Positions 1 to 9,456 of a stretch of 64,000 nt of DNA are shown in pieces. A program made the position numbers and the translations under genes. The notes beneath the pieces were generated by a model. The model saw only the letters and a program-made list of their open reading frames with translations, made no database searches and was not told where the DNA came from. This DNA comes from Candidatus Pampinifervens sinense (lineage in GTDB: Bacteria; Aquificota; Aquificia; Aquificales; Aquificaceae): NCBI GenBank assembly GCA_037927135.1, contig JAXSPP010000002.1, forward strand, positions 64,001 through 128,000. The letters are read 5' to 3'. Every line of letters begins with the position of its first letter. Position 1 is the first letter of the stretch.

Positions 1-619
1 TTAGCCCCAACTCCTCATACCTTCTGTTTAGCACCTCTTTGGCCTTCATCAAAACCTCAGCCCTCTTTTCCCTCTCTTCCTTTGCAGACTCCAAGGGTGA
101 GTCCAAGAAGAAATCTACCTTCTTTAGAACCTTTTCAAAGGCGTAGCCCGGAAACTTCTTATCCCCTATCTTATCCACTATAAAGCCTATGGTTATAAAG
201 TAGGCCTCTTCTATGAACTTCTCAAGCCTGTATTCTTCCAAAGAAGGTTCCTTCTGAAGATAAGACATAAATATCTCATAGGCTTGATGGGCCTTATCCT
301 TTAACGATGGCACCTTTTCCACGTTGAGGGCTATGATATAGTCTTTGGCAGAGGCGGGCAGGATGATAACTGGAAACTCTGACATGCCAAGCCTTCTTCC
401 TGCTTCAAACCTGTGCTGTCCATTTATAACCTCGTAGTATCCGTCTTCCGTTGGTACCACCGTTAAAGGCTCAACAAACCCTACCTTTTCCATAGACTCC
501 ATAAGCCTCTTTATGTGTGCATCCGACAGCTCTCTTTGTATGGAGGGTATAACTATCTTACTTTCAGGCACTATAGCAAACTCTAACTCCAAACCTTTTA
601 TAGGCTCCCTGAACTTCAT
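1..619 (-). CDS. ParB/Srx N-terminal domain protein (runs off the left edge)
   Basis: Hand translation from ATG at 619: MKFREPIKGLELEFAIVPESKIVIPSIQRELSDAHIKRLMESMEKVGFVEPLTVVPTEDGYYEVINGQHRFEAGRRLG, a ParB-N GxxR motif; frame open to base 1; missing from the ORF track because it is truncated. Confidence 0.8.
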   Translation of the reverse strand, partial: MKFREPIKGLELEFAIVPESKIVIPSIQRELSDAHIKRLMESMEKVGFVEPLTVVPTEDGYYEVINGQHRFEAGRRLGMSEFPVIILPASAKDYIIALNVEKVPSLKDKAHQAYEIFMSYLQKEPSLEEYRLEKFIEEAYFITIGFIVDKIGDKKFPGYAFEKVLKKVDFFLDSPLESAKEEREKRAEVLMKAKEVLNRRYEELGL

Positions 620-723
620 GGCTTGTTTCCAAGCTCCTAAAATATATCTTTTTAAATATTTTACACCATACAAGAGAAAAACTCTATGGATCATAGGAGT
701 TTAAGATGCTATAATATATTATT

Positions 724-1158
724 ATGATCTACTCAGAAACTGTAAAGTATGCACTGTTGGCTTTGGCCTACTTGGCGCTAAACAGGGACAGGCTGGTTAA
801 AGTGGAGGAGATTGCGGAAGCCCAAAGGATACCAAAACCCTTTCTTTCTAAAATATTCCATAAGCTTGCAAGGGAAAGGGTATTAAAGTCCTACAAGGGA
901 CCTACCGGTGGCTTTACCCTTGCTATCCCTCCAGAGAAGATAACCATATTGGACGTCATAAGATATCTTGATGAGGATTACAAGCTGGACTACTGCGCCC
1001 TCAGGCCAGGAAGATGCGAAGAGTGGAACACTTCCCCCTGTGCGGTCCATGACAAGTGGACAAAGCTAAGAGAAGCTATTTTAGAATACCTTAGCACCAC
1101 CACCATAGCGGAGCTGGCAGAAGTAGAAGAAAAGCACAGAAAGCCCGTTAACTTATAA
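724..1158 (+). CDS. Rrf2-family transcriptional regulator (IscR/NsrR-like, three Cys)
   Basis: EIAEAQRIPKPFLSKI wHTH, KGPTGGFTLA, three Cys in CALRPGRCEEWNTSPC. Confidence 0.9.
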   Translation: MIYSETVKYALLALAYLALNRDRLVKVEEIAEAQRIPKPFLSKIFHKLARERVLKSYKGPTGGFTLAIPPEKITILDVIRYLDEDYKLDYCALRPGRCEEWNTSPCAVHDKWTKLREAILEYLSTTTIAELAEVEEKHRKPVNL

Positions 1159-3256
1159 CGTATTCTAGCCTGTCTTTGAACTCTTCCTGCTTTCCTTTGT
1201 TCCACCTTTGCACTGGTCTGTAGTAGCCCACTATCCTTGAGTAGGTTTCTACCTCTTTTCCACATATGGGGCAGGAAAAATGCTCTCCCTTTATATAGCC
1301 ATGGTCCTCACACACAGAGAAGGTGGGGGTTATGGTGATATAGGGCACTGGGTAGTTTTCAAAGACAAACTTTACAAACTTGGCTACTGTGTGCTCCTCT
1401 GGAGACTCTTGCAGGAAAAAGTGGATAACCGTTCCACCAGTGTAAAGCACTTGAAGGTCCTTTTGGTGCTCCAAGACCTCTATAGGATCATCGGTGTAGT
1501 TCACGGGCAGATGAGTGGAGTTGGTGTAGTATGGCTCCTTTTCTCCGGCGGTGATTATGTCTGGAAACTTACTTTTATCTATCTTTGCCAGTCTGTAGGA
1601 TGCTCCTTCTGCGGGCGTGGCCTCAAGGTTGTAAAGGTGTCCAGTCTGCTTTTGGAATTCTGAGATCTTTTCCCTCATAAACTTGAGGACCTTTATGGCA
1701 AAAGCTTTACCTTCAGGTTCTGCTATGGATACACCTAGGAAGTTTAAACACGCCTCATTCATGCCCACAAGACCTATGGTTGAGAAGAAGGTATCAAAGG
1801 ATTCAAGATATTCCCTTGAGTAGGGCATTAGACCCCTTTTGAGGTTCCTCTCTATAACCTTCCTTTTTATCTCCAAGCTGTCTTTGGCCACGTTCATCAG
1901 GTGCTCAAGCCTTTCAAAGAATTCTTCTTCGCTCTTTGATAGATAGCCTATCCTTGGCATGTTTATGGTTACAACACCTATGGAGCCAGTCTTGTCTGCG
2001 CTTCCAAAAAGGCCTCCCATCCTACTTCTTAACTCCCTCAGATCCAACTGCAACCTACAGCACATGCTCCTTATGTCCTCTGGCCTGAGTGAGCTGGATA
2101 TGAAGTTTTGGAAGTAAGGAATGCCGTATTTGGCAGTAATCTTCCATAAAAGCTCTGCATTGGGTGAGAAAAAGTCAAAGTCCTTGGTTATGTTGTAGGT
2201 GGGTATGGGAAAGGAAAAGATACGTCCATTGTAGTCCCCTTCCATCATGACTTCCATAAAGGCCCTGTTTATCATATCCATTTCCTTTTGAAAGTCTCCA
2301 TAATAGCCTATATCCTCCCTTTCCACACCACCTATTATTACAGGCTTGTTCTTCATATCCTCCGGCACAGTCCAGTCAAAGGTGAAGTTTATAAAGGGTG
2401 CCTGAGAGCCCCACCTTGAGGGCACATTCAGAGAGAATATAAACTGTTGCATGAGCTGTTTTAGCTCATCATAGGAAAGCCTGTCTACTCTTACAAAGGG
2501 TGCAAGGTAGGTATCAAGGGAATTAAGAGCTTGTGCGCCTGCAAACTCCATCTGAGCAACGCCTAAGAAGTTTACAATCTGGCCAAGCAGGGAGGAGAGA
2601 TGTTTGGCAGGCCCAGCGGTAACCTTACCCTTTCCACCCCTAAAACCCTTTCTGAGGAGGTCCTCCATGGACCATCCCGCACAGTATCCCACTATACCGT
2701 GGGACAGGTCATGTATATGGATATCACCCTCCCTGTGGGCCTTTGATATGTACTCCGGATATACATGGGTAAGGGTGTAATGGGCTATAACAGTTCCAGC
2801 AGTATGGAGCATAAGGCCAGAGAAGGAATAGCTGGCGTTGGCGTTCTCTTGCACCCTCCAGTCTTGCTGGTATATATAGTCGTTTACCACCTTTTCCGCA
2901 TCCACTATGGCCTTTGATATGTCTCTTAGCTCCTCCCTCTTTTTCCTGTATAGTATGTAAGCCTTTGCAGTCTTTGCAAAACCATGAAGTATAAGCCTTT
3001 CTTCAACGATGTCCTGTATCTCCTCCACATGGACCTTGTCCTTTTTAAGCTCCAAAACTTTTTCTATTACCTCATCGCACAGGTCCTTCAAAACACCTTC
3101 TTCTAAAGGCTCGCCAACGGCCTTAAAGGCTTTGGATATGGCCCTTTCAATCCTGCTTCTGTCAAACTCCTGCAATGTACCATCCCTCTTTATCACTTTT
3201 GGAAGAAAAGTATGATACCTCTTCTTGAGCTCTGCAGGCCCTTCTATCCTTAGCAT
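1148..3256 (-). CDS. nrdD: Class III anaerobic ribonucleoside-triphosphate reductase with ATP-cone
   Basis: N-terminal ATP-cone VIKRDG, finger loop SMCCRL, CEDH/CPIC metal site, glycyl-radical RIVGYY. Confidence 0.95.
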   Translation of the reverse strand: MLRIEGPAELKKRYHTFLPKVIKRDGTLQEFDRSRIERAISKAFKAVGEPLEEGVLKDLCDEVIEKVLELKKDKVHVEEIQDIVEERLILHGFAKTAKAYILYRKKREELRDISKAIVDAEKVVNDYIYQQDWRVQENANASYSFSGLMLHTAGTVIAHYTLTHVYPEYISKAHREGDIHIHDLSHGIVGYCAGWSMEDLLRKGFRGGKGKVTAGPAKHLSSLLGQIVNFLGVAQMEFAGAQALNSLDTYLAPFVRVDRLSYDELKQLMQQFIFSLNVPSRWGSQAPFINFTFDWTVPEDMKNKPVIIGGVEREDIGYYGDFQKEMDMINRAFMEVMMEGDYNGRIFSFPIPTYNITKDFDFFSPNAELLWKITAKYGIPYFQNFISSSLRPEDIRSMCCRLQLDLRELRSRMGGLFGSADKTGSIGVVTINMPRIGYLSKSEEEFFERLEHLMNVAKDSLEIKRKVIERNLKRGLMPYSREYLESFDTFFSTIGLVGMNEACLNFLGVSIAEPEGKAFAIKVLKFMREKISEFQKQTGHLYNLEATPAEGASYRLAKIDKSKFPDIITAGEKEPYYTNSTHLPVNYTDDPIEVLEHQKDLQVLYTGGTVIHFFLQESPEEHTVAKFVKFVFENYPVPYITITPTFSVCEDHGYIKGEHFSCPICGKEVETYSRIVGYYRPVQRWNKGKQEEFKDRLEYVIS

Positions 3257-3380
3257 GATCTGCCTCCTTTAAGATTTCATGATTTTCATATCATATAAAC
3301 TTTTAAACAGCTTTACAACCCCTCAAAAGATCTTCAAAAAAGCCTTTCAAGTTATTGAACTTAACCTTGGAGAAGGACGA

Positions 3381-3945
3381 TCATTTTCTAGGGTTAAGAA
3401 GTCTTAAGGCCATAAGTGAGAGGATCCTCTGTCTTTTCTTCCCTTTTGGCATGCTTTTCCTTAAACCCTCCAAAATCTCCTTTATACTTTCCAGATTTTC
3501 GGGTAAAGACCTTTCTATGTATTCCCTTATGGCTCTGGAAAGGGCCGGAACTTTACCAGAAGTAGAGATACCTATAACTATATCACCTTTCAGTATAAGG
3601 CTTGGAAAGATAAAGGAGCAGTAGTCTATACTGTCCACAGAGTTGCAAAGTATACCCTTTTTCTTGCAGTATTGATAGATCCTTTTCTGAAGCTTGATGT
3701 TATCCACAGCCACTATTACCATGAAGGATCCCTTTATGTCGCTTAGCCTAACCTTCCTAAGGGTAAGCTCTAACTTCCCTTGTTGATGCAAGCCCTTTAT
3801 ACCTTTTGTTGCTCTAGGCGCTATGACCTTTATTTTAGGCCCAAAGGGTAGAAGCTTTTTTATCTTTCTTTCGGCCACACTCCCCCCCTCCCACTACCAC
3901 CACCTTCTTACCCTTTAGATCAATAAAGGCTGGAAAGTATGGCAT
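3381..3945 (-). pseudogene. Precorrin-2 dehydrogenase/sirohydrochlorin ferrochelatase (SirC/Met8/CysG N-terminal type), frameshifted in a G7 run
   Basis: ATG at 3945 gives MPYFPAFIDLKGKKVVVVGGG then hits TAA at 3837-3835; the continuation VAERKIKKLL...CSFIFPS...IGISTSGKVPALS is in another frame; may be a sequencing error. Confidence 0.75.
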
Positions 3946-4067
3946 AGTATGTTATAATCTAAGCCATGAAAGGACTTTTGGATATACTGCCCTTCTTACT
4001 CTTTCTTGCCATAGTTTTAATCAGTATAATGGGTGTGGATATCATAAAATTGGTGGGAGGTGTGATC

Positions 4068-4823
4068 ATGGATGTGTCACCTTTGATAGTTGTGGCCATT
4101 GCGGTGATTATATTTTTAGCGGCGTCTTTAAAGGTTGTTCCTGAATATCAAAGGGCTGTGGTCTTTAGGCTCGGAAGGGTCATAGGTGCCAAAGGTCCAG
4201 GTCTTTTTATCCTTATACCGGTGATAGACAAGATGGTAAAGGTGGATTTAAGAACGGTTACTTTAGATGTACCAACTCAGGACATAATAACGCGCGATAA
4301 TGTCTCTGTAAGTGTGGACGCTGTTGTCTACTTTAGGGTGATAGACCCTGTAAGGGCCATAGTGGCTGTTGAGAACTACCTTTATGCCACTTCCCAGATA
4401 GCTCAAACAACCTTGAGGAGTGTTTGCGGTGCTGTGGAGCTTGACGAGCTTCTTTCTGAAAGGGAGAAGTTAAACTTAAAGCTTCAGGAGATAATAGATA
4501 GGCAAACGGACCCATGGGGTATTAAGGTGGTAGCCGTTGAACTAAAAAGGATTGATTTGCCAGAAGAGCTAAGGAGGGCCATGGCAAGGCAAGCAGAGGC
4601 TGAAAGGGAAAGGAGGGCAAAGATAATAACGGCGGAGGCAGAATATCAAGCAGCTCAAAAGCTTGCAGAAGCAGCTCAAATACTTGCCACCCAGCCCATA
4701 GCCATACAGCTAAGATATCTTGAAACCATACAGAATGTGGCAAACAAGCCTGGCAATACGGTGCTCATACCCATTCCTACAGAGCTCTTTAGAGTATTCC
4801 TAAGTGAAGGTAAAGGTCAATAG
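4068..4823 (+). CDS. SPFH/stomatin (slipin) family membrane protein
   Basis: [48 protein letters not shown]; start chosen at ATG 4068 after GGAGGTG (ORF track starts at 3966). Confidence 0.92.
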   Translation: MDVSPLIVVAIAVIIFLAASLKVVPEYQRAVVFRLGRVIGAKGPGLFILIPVIDKMVKVDLRTVTLDVPTQDIITRDNVSVSVDAVVYFRVIDPVRAIVAVENYLYATSQIAQTTLRSVCGAVELDELLSEREKLNLKLQEIIDRQTDPWGIKVVAVELKRIDLPEELRRAMARQAEAERERRAKIITAEAEYQAAQKLAEAAQILATQPIAIQLRYLETIQNVANKPGNTVLIPIPTELFRVFLSEGKGQ

Positions 4824-5655
4824 AGCTGGACTGATATTCATAGGTATTACCGTCTTTTTAGGTGTGGCCGCTGTAAACACCATGAATAACTTACTCTACC
4901 TTGTGGTCTCCTTTATGCTTTCCTTTATGCTTCTCTCAGGCATGCTTTCCCTTTATAACCTTAAAGGCCTTGAGGTAATACTTTTACCGCCAGAGGAGGT
5001 TTATGCAGGCCTTGAAACACCCTTTAGGGTGATCATAAAAAACAGAAAAAGATTACCGTCCTTCCTTATAGAGGTAAAAAGTGGAGAGGGCTATTGTTTA
5101 TTCCCCTTTATAAAGGAGGTGGCTGAAGGTATCATCCATTTACACTTTGAAAGGAGGGGCCTTCATGAAAGCCTAAAGTTGGAAGTTTCCTCCTCCTTTC
5201 CTGTAGGCCTCTTTGAAAGATACTATAGCCTAAGCCTTCCGCTGAACTTGATAGTCTTTCCAAAGCCTCTAAGCGTTGATGAAAAGGCTTTAGATTTCTT
5301 TGGAAAGGGAAACAATCCTGCCTTAGGCCAAGTTAAGGTAAGGGGCTATGAAGAGCTTGAAGGGATAAAGGCTTACACCAATGAACCTGTAAAGCTCATA
5401 CATTGGAAGCTTTCCGCAAAGACGGGAGATCTGTATGTTAAAGAGATGGTAGAGAACGTATCCCCGCCCATAATCCTATCTCTGAACAGCGTAGATGGAA
5501 GCTTGGAAGATCGCATATCAAAGCTGGCCTATCTGGTTATAAGGTTTATATCTCAAGGAAGGACCGTAGGTCTAGAGCTTCCCAATAAAACCATAGAGGC
5601 CTCCACTGGCATAGCCCACAAAAGAAGGCTTCTTACAGAGCTAGCCCTCCTGTAG
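4804..5655 (+). CDS. DUF58 domain membrane protein
   Basis: [13 protein letters not shown]-terminal TM pair and IHWKLSAK motif. Confidence 0.8.
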   Translation: MKVKVNRAGLIFIGITVFLGVAAVNTMNNLLYLVVSFMLSFMLLSGMLSLYNLKGLEVILLPPEEVYAGLETPFRVIIKNRKRLPSFLIEVKSGEGYCLFPFIKEVAEGIIHLHFERRGLHESLKLEVSSSFPVGLFERYYSLSLPLNLIVFPKPLSVDEKALDFFGKGNNPALGQVKVRGYEELEGIKAYTNEPVKLIHWKLSAKTGDLYVKEMVENVSPPIILSLNSVDGSLEDRISKLAYLVIRFISQGRTVGLELPNKTIEASTGIAHKRRLLTELALL

Positions 5656-6732
5656 ATAGGCCTTGGGGTAAGAACCTAAAACCTTTACCATCTGGGCCCT
5701 CTCCTGAAGCAACTCAAGGGCCTTTTTTACCCTCTCCTCCTCCACATGACCCTCCAGGTCCACAAAGAACACATAGTCCCATAGCCTCTTCCTTGAAGGC
5801 CTTGATACTATCTTGGTTAGGTTAACACCATATCTATAGAAGCTCTCTAAGGCCTTAAAGAGTGCTCCAGCCTCATCCTTTACAGCAAATATAAGGCTTG
5901 TCTTATCATTTCCCGTTGGCTTCATAACCCTTTTCCCTATAACTATAAACCTTGTGTAGTTGTTCGGATTGTCTTGAATATTTTCCGCCAAGATGTTAAG
6001 ATGGTAGGTGTAGGCTGCAACTTCGCTGGCTATAGCTCCAGCATCCTCCATCTCCATCACCAGCTCACACGCCTTTGCTGTGCTTTCCGTTTCCACAAGG
6101 TTTGCAGAAGGTAAGTTCTTCCTTATCCATTCTTTACATTGAGCTAAGGCATGCCTATGAGAGTATATGGTCCTTATACTACTTATTGAGTTGCTGGTAG
6201 AAAGAAGGTTTAGCTTTACAGGTATGACTATTTCACCTACAATCTTAAGATCTGACTCTAAGAACATATCCAAAGTGTAGTTAACAACACCCTCTGTGGT
6301 GTTTTCAACGGGTACAACACCGTAGTCTGCCCTTCCAAGCTCCACCTCCCTGAACACATCTCCTATAGTGCTCACCGGAATGTAATGGGCTGAAAAGCCA
6401 AAGTACTCAAGGGCAGCCTGATGGGTAAAGGTAGCCTTTGGTCCAAGGTAGGCTATCTTCAACTCCTTCTCTAGGGAAAGGCATGCGGATATGATCTCTC
6501 TGTATATATGCAGTATGGCCTCTGTGGGAAACTCTTCCCCATAAACCTCTTTGTTGAGCTTTATCATCCTGTTTATAATCTCCTTCTCCCTTTCTGGTGC
6601 ATGAACTTCAAGGCCTAAGCTCTTCTTTACCTCCCCTATCCTTTTTGCCAGCTTTGCCCTTTCATTCAAAAGCCTAAGTATCTCTTGATCAATCTCGTCT
6701 ATTTTTAGCCTCAGTTCCTTTAGTTCATCCAT
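5641..6732 (-). CDS. pheA: Chorismate mutase/prephenate dehydratase (P-protein)
   Basis: LRLKIDEID CM domain, YLGPKATFT, VPVENTTEG, NYTRF, C-terminal ACT domain. Confidence 0.96.
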   Translation of the reverse strand: MDELKELRLKIDEIDQEILRLLNERAKLAKRIGEVKKSLGLEVHAPEREKEIINRMIKLNKEVYGEEFPTEAILHIYREIISACLSLEKELKIAYLGPKATFTHQAALEYFGFSAHYIPVSTIGDVFREVELGRADYGVVPVENTTEGVVNYTLDMFLESDLKIVGEIVIPVKLNLLSTSNSISSIRTIYSHRHALAQCKEWIRKNLPSANLVETESTAKACELVMEMEDAGAIASEVAAYTYHLNILAENIQDNPNNYTRFIVIGKRVMKPTGNDKTSLIFAVKDEAGALFKALESFYRYGVNLTKIVSRPSRKRLWDYVFFVDLEGHVEEERVKKALELLQERAQMVKVLGSYPKAYLQEG

Positions 6733-7166
6733 CAGCCTTTTGTTGAAAGGTAAGGATAAAGAAAGTCTGTGGACATATCCACAGAAGGTGTAGGCCTATC
6801 TTTGGATCTCCTCCAATACTTTCTACGCCTTCTGTATATGTCCCTAAGGTAGTCTTTGAGGACAAGGCTTGGATATTTACCTTTTGCCACCTTATGAAGA
6901 TGCCACCACCACTTTTCTATAGGCTGGCTATCATCATCTTCCATAGGCTCATCGGAACTTTCCAAAAGTTCAAGGAACCTGTGCACATTTTGAAAGAGCT
7001 TCTTATCCGCCTTTTTAACGTAGACGCTGTCCTCAAGCCCCTCCTGATGCACCTTTTCCCTAAGTTTGATTATAAGGTCGGGGTAGCCTACACCATAGTT
7101 GAACAACAATTCCACTTCCGCAAAGTAAATATAATCTGTATCAAGTTCCCTTTTAAATTCGCCCAT
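6732..7166 (-). CDS. Hypothetical protein, translationally coupled to pheA
   Basis: Open frame, stop overlaps pheA ATG; PIEKWWWHLH motif; start taken at internal ATG 7166. Confidence 0.6.
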   Translation of the reverse strand: MGEFKRELDTDYIYFAEVELLFNYGVGYPDLIIKLREKVHQEGLEDSVYVKKADKKLFQNVHRFLELLESSDEPMEDDDSQPIEKWWWHLHKVAKGKYPSLVLKDYLRDIYRRRRKYWRRSKDRPTPSVDMSTDFLYPYLSTKG

Positions 7167-7185
7167 AATAGGTAAATTATATATC

Positions 7186-8223
7186 ATGAGGAAAATCATT
7201 GTAGTGGGTAGTGGTGTTATTGGACTAAGCTGCGCCCTATACCTTGCCCTTGAAGGCTACAAAGTACAGGTCATTACAAGGAACCCGGAGGAGGCTTCAT
7301 CTTGGGTAGCTGGTGGCATGCTAGCACCCTTTTCGGAAGGTTTAGATGGAAGCCTTTTTGATTTTTCATATAAAAGCCTTAAAGCCTACCCAGAGTTTGT
7401 AAAGCTTGTAGAAGAAGCTTCGTACCGGAAAGTGGACTTTTGGGAAGGTGGCATATACAGGGTGGTGTTAAAAGGTGAAGAGGAGCTGTTGGAGAAGGCA
7501 AAGGAGTACGAAAGGAAGGGCTATGGTGTGGAGCTGGTAGAAAGGGGTGATGGGCTTTCTGAAGAGGTGCTCTGTCTGATCAACTACAGGGAGGAGGCTT
7601 GGGTGGATACGGAAAGTCTTATGGATGCTTTACTTTATGCCTTAGATAGGCTTGGTGTGGAGCTAAAGATGGATGAGATAATGAGGGTGGAGAAAGAGGA
7701 AGGGGAGGTTAGGCTTTTGAAAGGACTAAAGGAAAGCTACAGGGCGGATTTTTATCTTTTTGCCTTGGGGGCTTGGACGGGAGAGCTCTTTGACCTTCCC
7801 GTATATCCGGTAAAAGGGCAGGCACTAAAGCTAAAATCTTTAAAGCTTTCAAGGGTCTATTATTCATCGGTATCTTACCTTATACCTAGGGATGGCTACC
7901 TTTATGTGGGTGCCACATCGGAAAATGTAGGTTTCCTTTCCGGCAATACCCTTGAGGGGATAAAAAGGCTTTCGGAAGGAGCTTTAAGGGTCTGCCCTTC
8001 CCTTTCGGGGGCAAAGGTGCTTAGTATGCTGTATGGCTATAGACCTGCCACACCGGATGAAAAGCCTATCTTTGAAGTGGGTGAAAACTATATCGTAGCC
8101 TCAGGCCATTACAGAAACGGCATACTGCATGCCCCTATGACTGCAAGGATAGTTTTGGATTACATAAAGGGTAAAGGATCTAGCTTTATAGAGGAGTTTT
8201 CATCTAAGCGCTTTGGCCCTTAA
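7186..8223 (+). CDS. thiO: Glycine oxidase ThiO (FAD-dependent)
   Basis: GSGVIG, ASSWVAGGML, PVKGQ, GYRPATPD, GHYRNGILHAP. Confidence 0.88.
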   Translation: MRKIIVVGSGVIGLSCALYLALEGYKVQVITRNPEEASSWVAGGMLAPFSEGLDGSLFDFSYKSLKAYPEFVKLVEEASYRKVDFWEGGIYRVVLKGEEELLEKAKEYERKGYGVELVERGDGLSEEVLCLINYREEAWVDTESLMDALLYALDRLGVELKMDEIMRVEKEEGEVRLLKGLKESYRADFYLFALGAWTGELFDLPVYPVKGQALKLKSLKLSRVYYSSVSYLIPRDGYLYVGATSENVGFLSGNTLEGIKRLSEGALRVCPSLSGAKVLSMLYGYRPATPDEKPIFEVGENYIVASGHYRNGILHAPMTARIVLDYIKGKGSSFIEEFSSKRFGP

Positions 8224-8747
8224 GGAGAAATACCCCACAGACCCTTTCTGTTCTCCCTTGCATACCTTTGGGCTTGCAAAAGCCTTTCCTGATACTTCAC
8301 ATTGGGTGGAACTGTGTATACTTGGGCAAAGCCCTCTTTTACAAGCACCTCATTTAGCATCCTACCATCAGGAAGCCACACATAGGCCAAAAGCCTTCCA
8401 TATCTGTCTGTCTTTTGAACATCAAACTCCAAGTAAACCTTTTCCCCTTTTGGCAAAAGCTTCTTTGTATACTCCTTTGCCATTTTACCCATCTTTATTA
8501 TCTCCTCCAAGGACCTTCCAGTCCTTTCTACATCCCTTCTTGCCTTTGGATTGTCCGAACTTTCGGGTGTATCCACACCTATAAGCCTTACTTTTACCTC
8601 CTCACCACTGGGAAGAAGGCAGTGGAAGGTATCGCCGTCTACCACATGAAGGACGGTGCAGGGTGTAGTATGCGGTGGCACATTAGCCTTTGAACATGAA
8701 ATAAGGAAAAGGAAGAGAAAAAGGAAGAAGGCTTTAAGCTTGTTCAT
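8220..8747 (-). CDS. Thermonuclease (SNase) family lipoprotein
   Basis: Lipobox LISC, VVDGDT, VRLIGVDTPE, DRYGRLLAYV, ARENRKGLW. Confidence 0.93.
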   Translation of the reverse strand: MNKLKAFFLFLFLFLISCSKANVPPHTTPCTVLHVVDGDTFHCLLPSGEEVKVRLIGVDTPESSDNPKARRDVERTGRSLEEIIKMGKMAKEYTKKLLPKGEKVYLEFDVQKTDRYGRLLAYVWLPDGRMLNEVLVKEGFAQVYTVPPNVKYQERLLQAQRYARENRKGLWGISP

Positions 8748-9442
8748 GTTCCTACATGATGTCTTCTTAGGACCTCAAGGAAGAGTGGGTTGTCGTGCTT
8801 TAGTATGTGTTCGTCTATATGTATTTTTGTTTCTGTCCTTGGCAGGTAGTGGTTTGCTGGGTTTGTACCCATATCGGGGAAGAGTACAAAGCCGTTCCTT
8901 TCCTTTATGACCCTATAGGCTTCGCTGTTTGGATCTTCTATGTCTCCAAAGAACCTTGCCTTGGCCGGACAGGTTAGCACGCAGGCGGGCTTTCTGTGCT
9001 CAGGTGGCAAAGACTCATCGTATATCCTGTCTATACAGAGGGTGCATTTCTTCATCACCTTATCAGCCTCATCAAACTCCCTACAGCCATAGGGACATGC
9101 CCAGGAGCATAGCTTACAACCTATGCAATCATCGTAGTTTACTAGGACAATACCATCCTGTTCTCTCTTGTAGCTGGCTCCTGTGGGGCACACAGGCACG
9201 CAGGGAGCATCTTGACAATGAAGGCAAGATTTGGGAAGGTGGAAAACCTGCGTGTTTGGAAACTCACCCATCTCATAGGTCATTATCCTGTTGTACCAAA
9301 CACCGTAGGGTTCCCTTCCATAGGGATCAAAGTCGGAAAGAGGGCCAAAGGCAGCTTGGGTGTTCCACTCTTTACAGTTGGTGGCGCAGGCATGACAGCC
9401 CACGCATGTATTAAGGTCTATCACAAGGGCAAACTGTGCCAT
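8744..9442 (-). CDS. soeB: 4Fe-4S dicluster electron-transfer subunit, SoeB-like
   Basis: LVIDLNTCVGCHACATNCKEWN, SCLHC..PCVPVCPTGAS, CIGCKLCSWACPYG, KCTLC..PAC..TCP. Confidence 0.8.
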   Translation of the reverse strand: MAQFALVIDLNTCVGCHACATNCKEWNTQAAFGPLSDFDPYGREPYGVWYNRIMTYEMGEFPNTQVFHLPKSCLHCQDAPCVPVCPTGASYKREQDGIVLVNYDDCIGCKLCSWACPYGCREFDEADKVMKKCTLCIDRIYDESLPPEHRKPACVLTCPAKARFFGDIEDPNSEAYRVIKERNGFVLFPDMGTNPANHYLPRTETKIHIDEHILKHDNPLFLEVLRRHHVGT

Positions 9443-9456
9443 CTTTCTTCACCTCC

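Noticed and set aside
513-704. 63-aa plus-strand ORF
   Set aside because: Antisense shadow of the ParB-like gene plus intergenic DNA
3381-3878. GTG-start 165-aa ORF as a complete gene
   Set aside because: Lacks the Rossmann beta-1/GxG segment, which lies upstream in another frame
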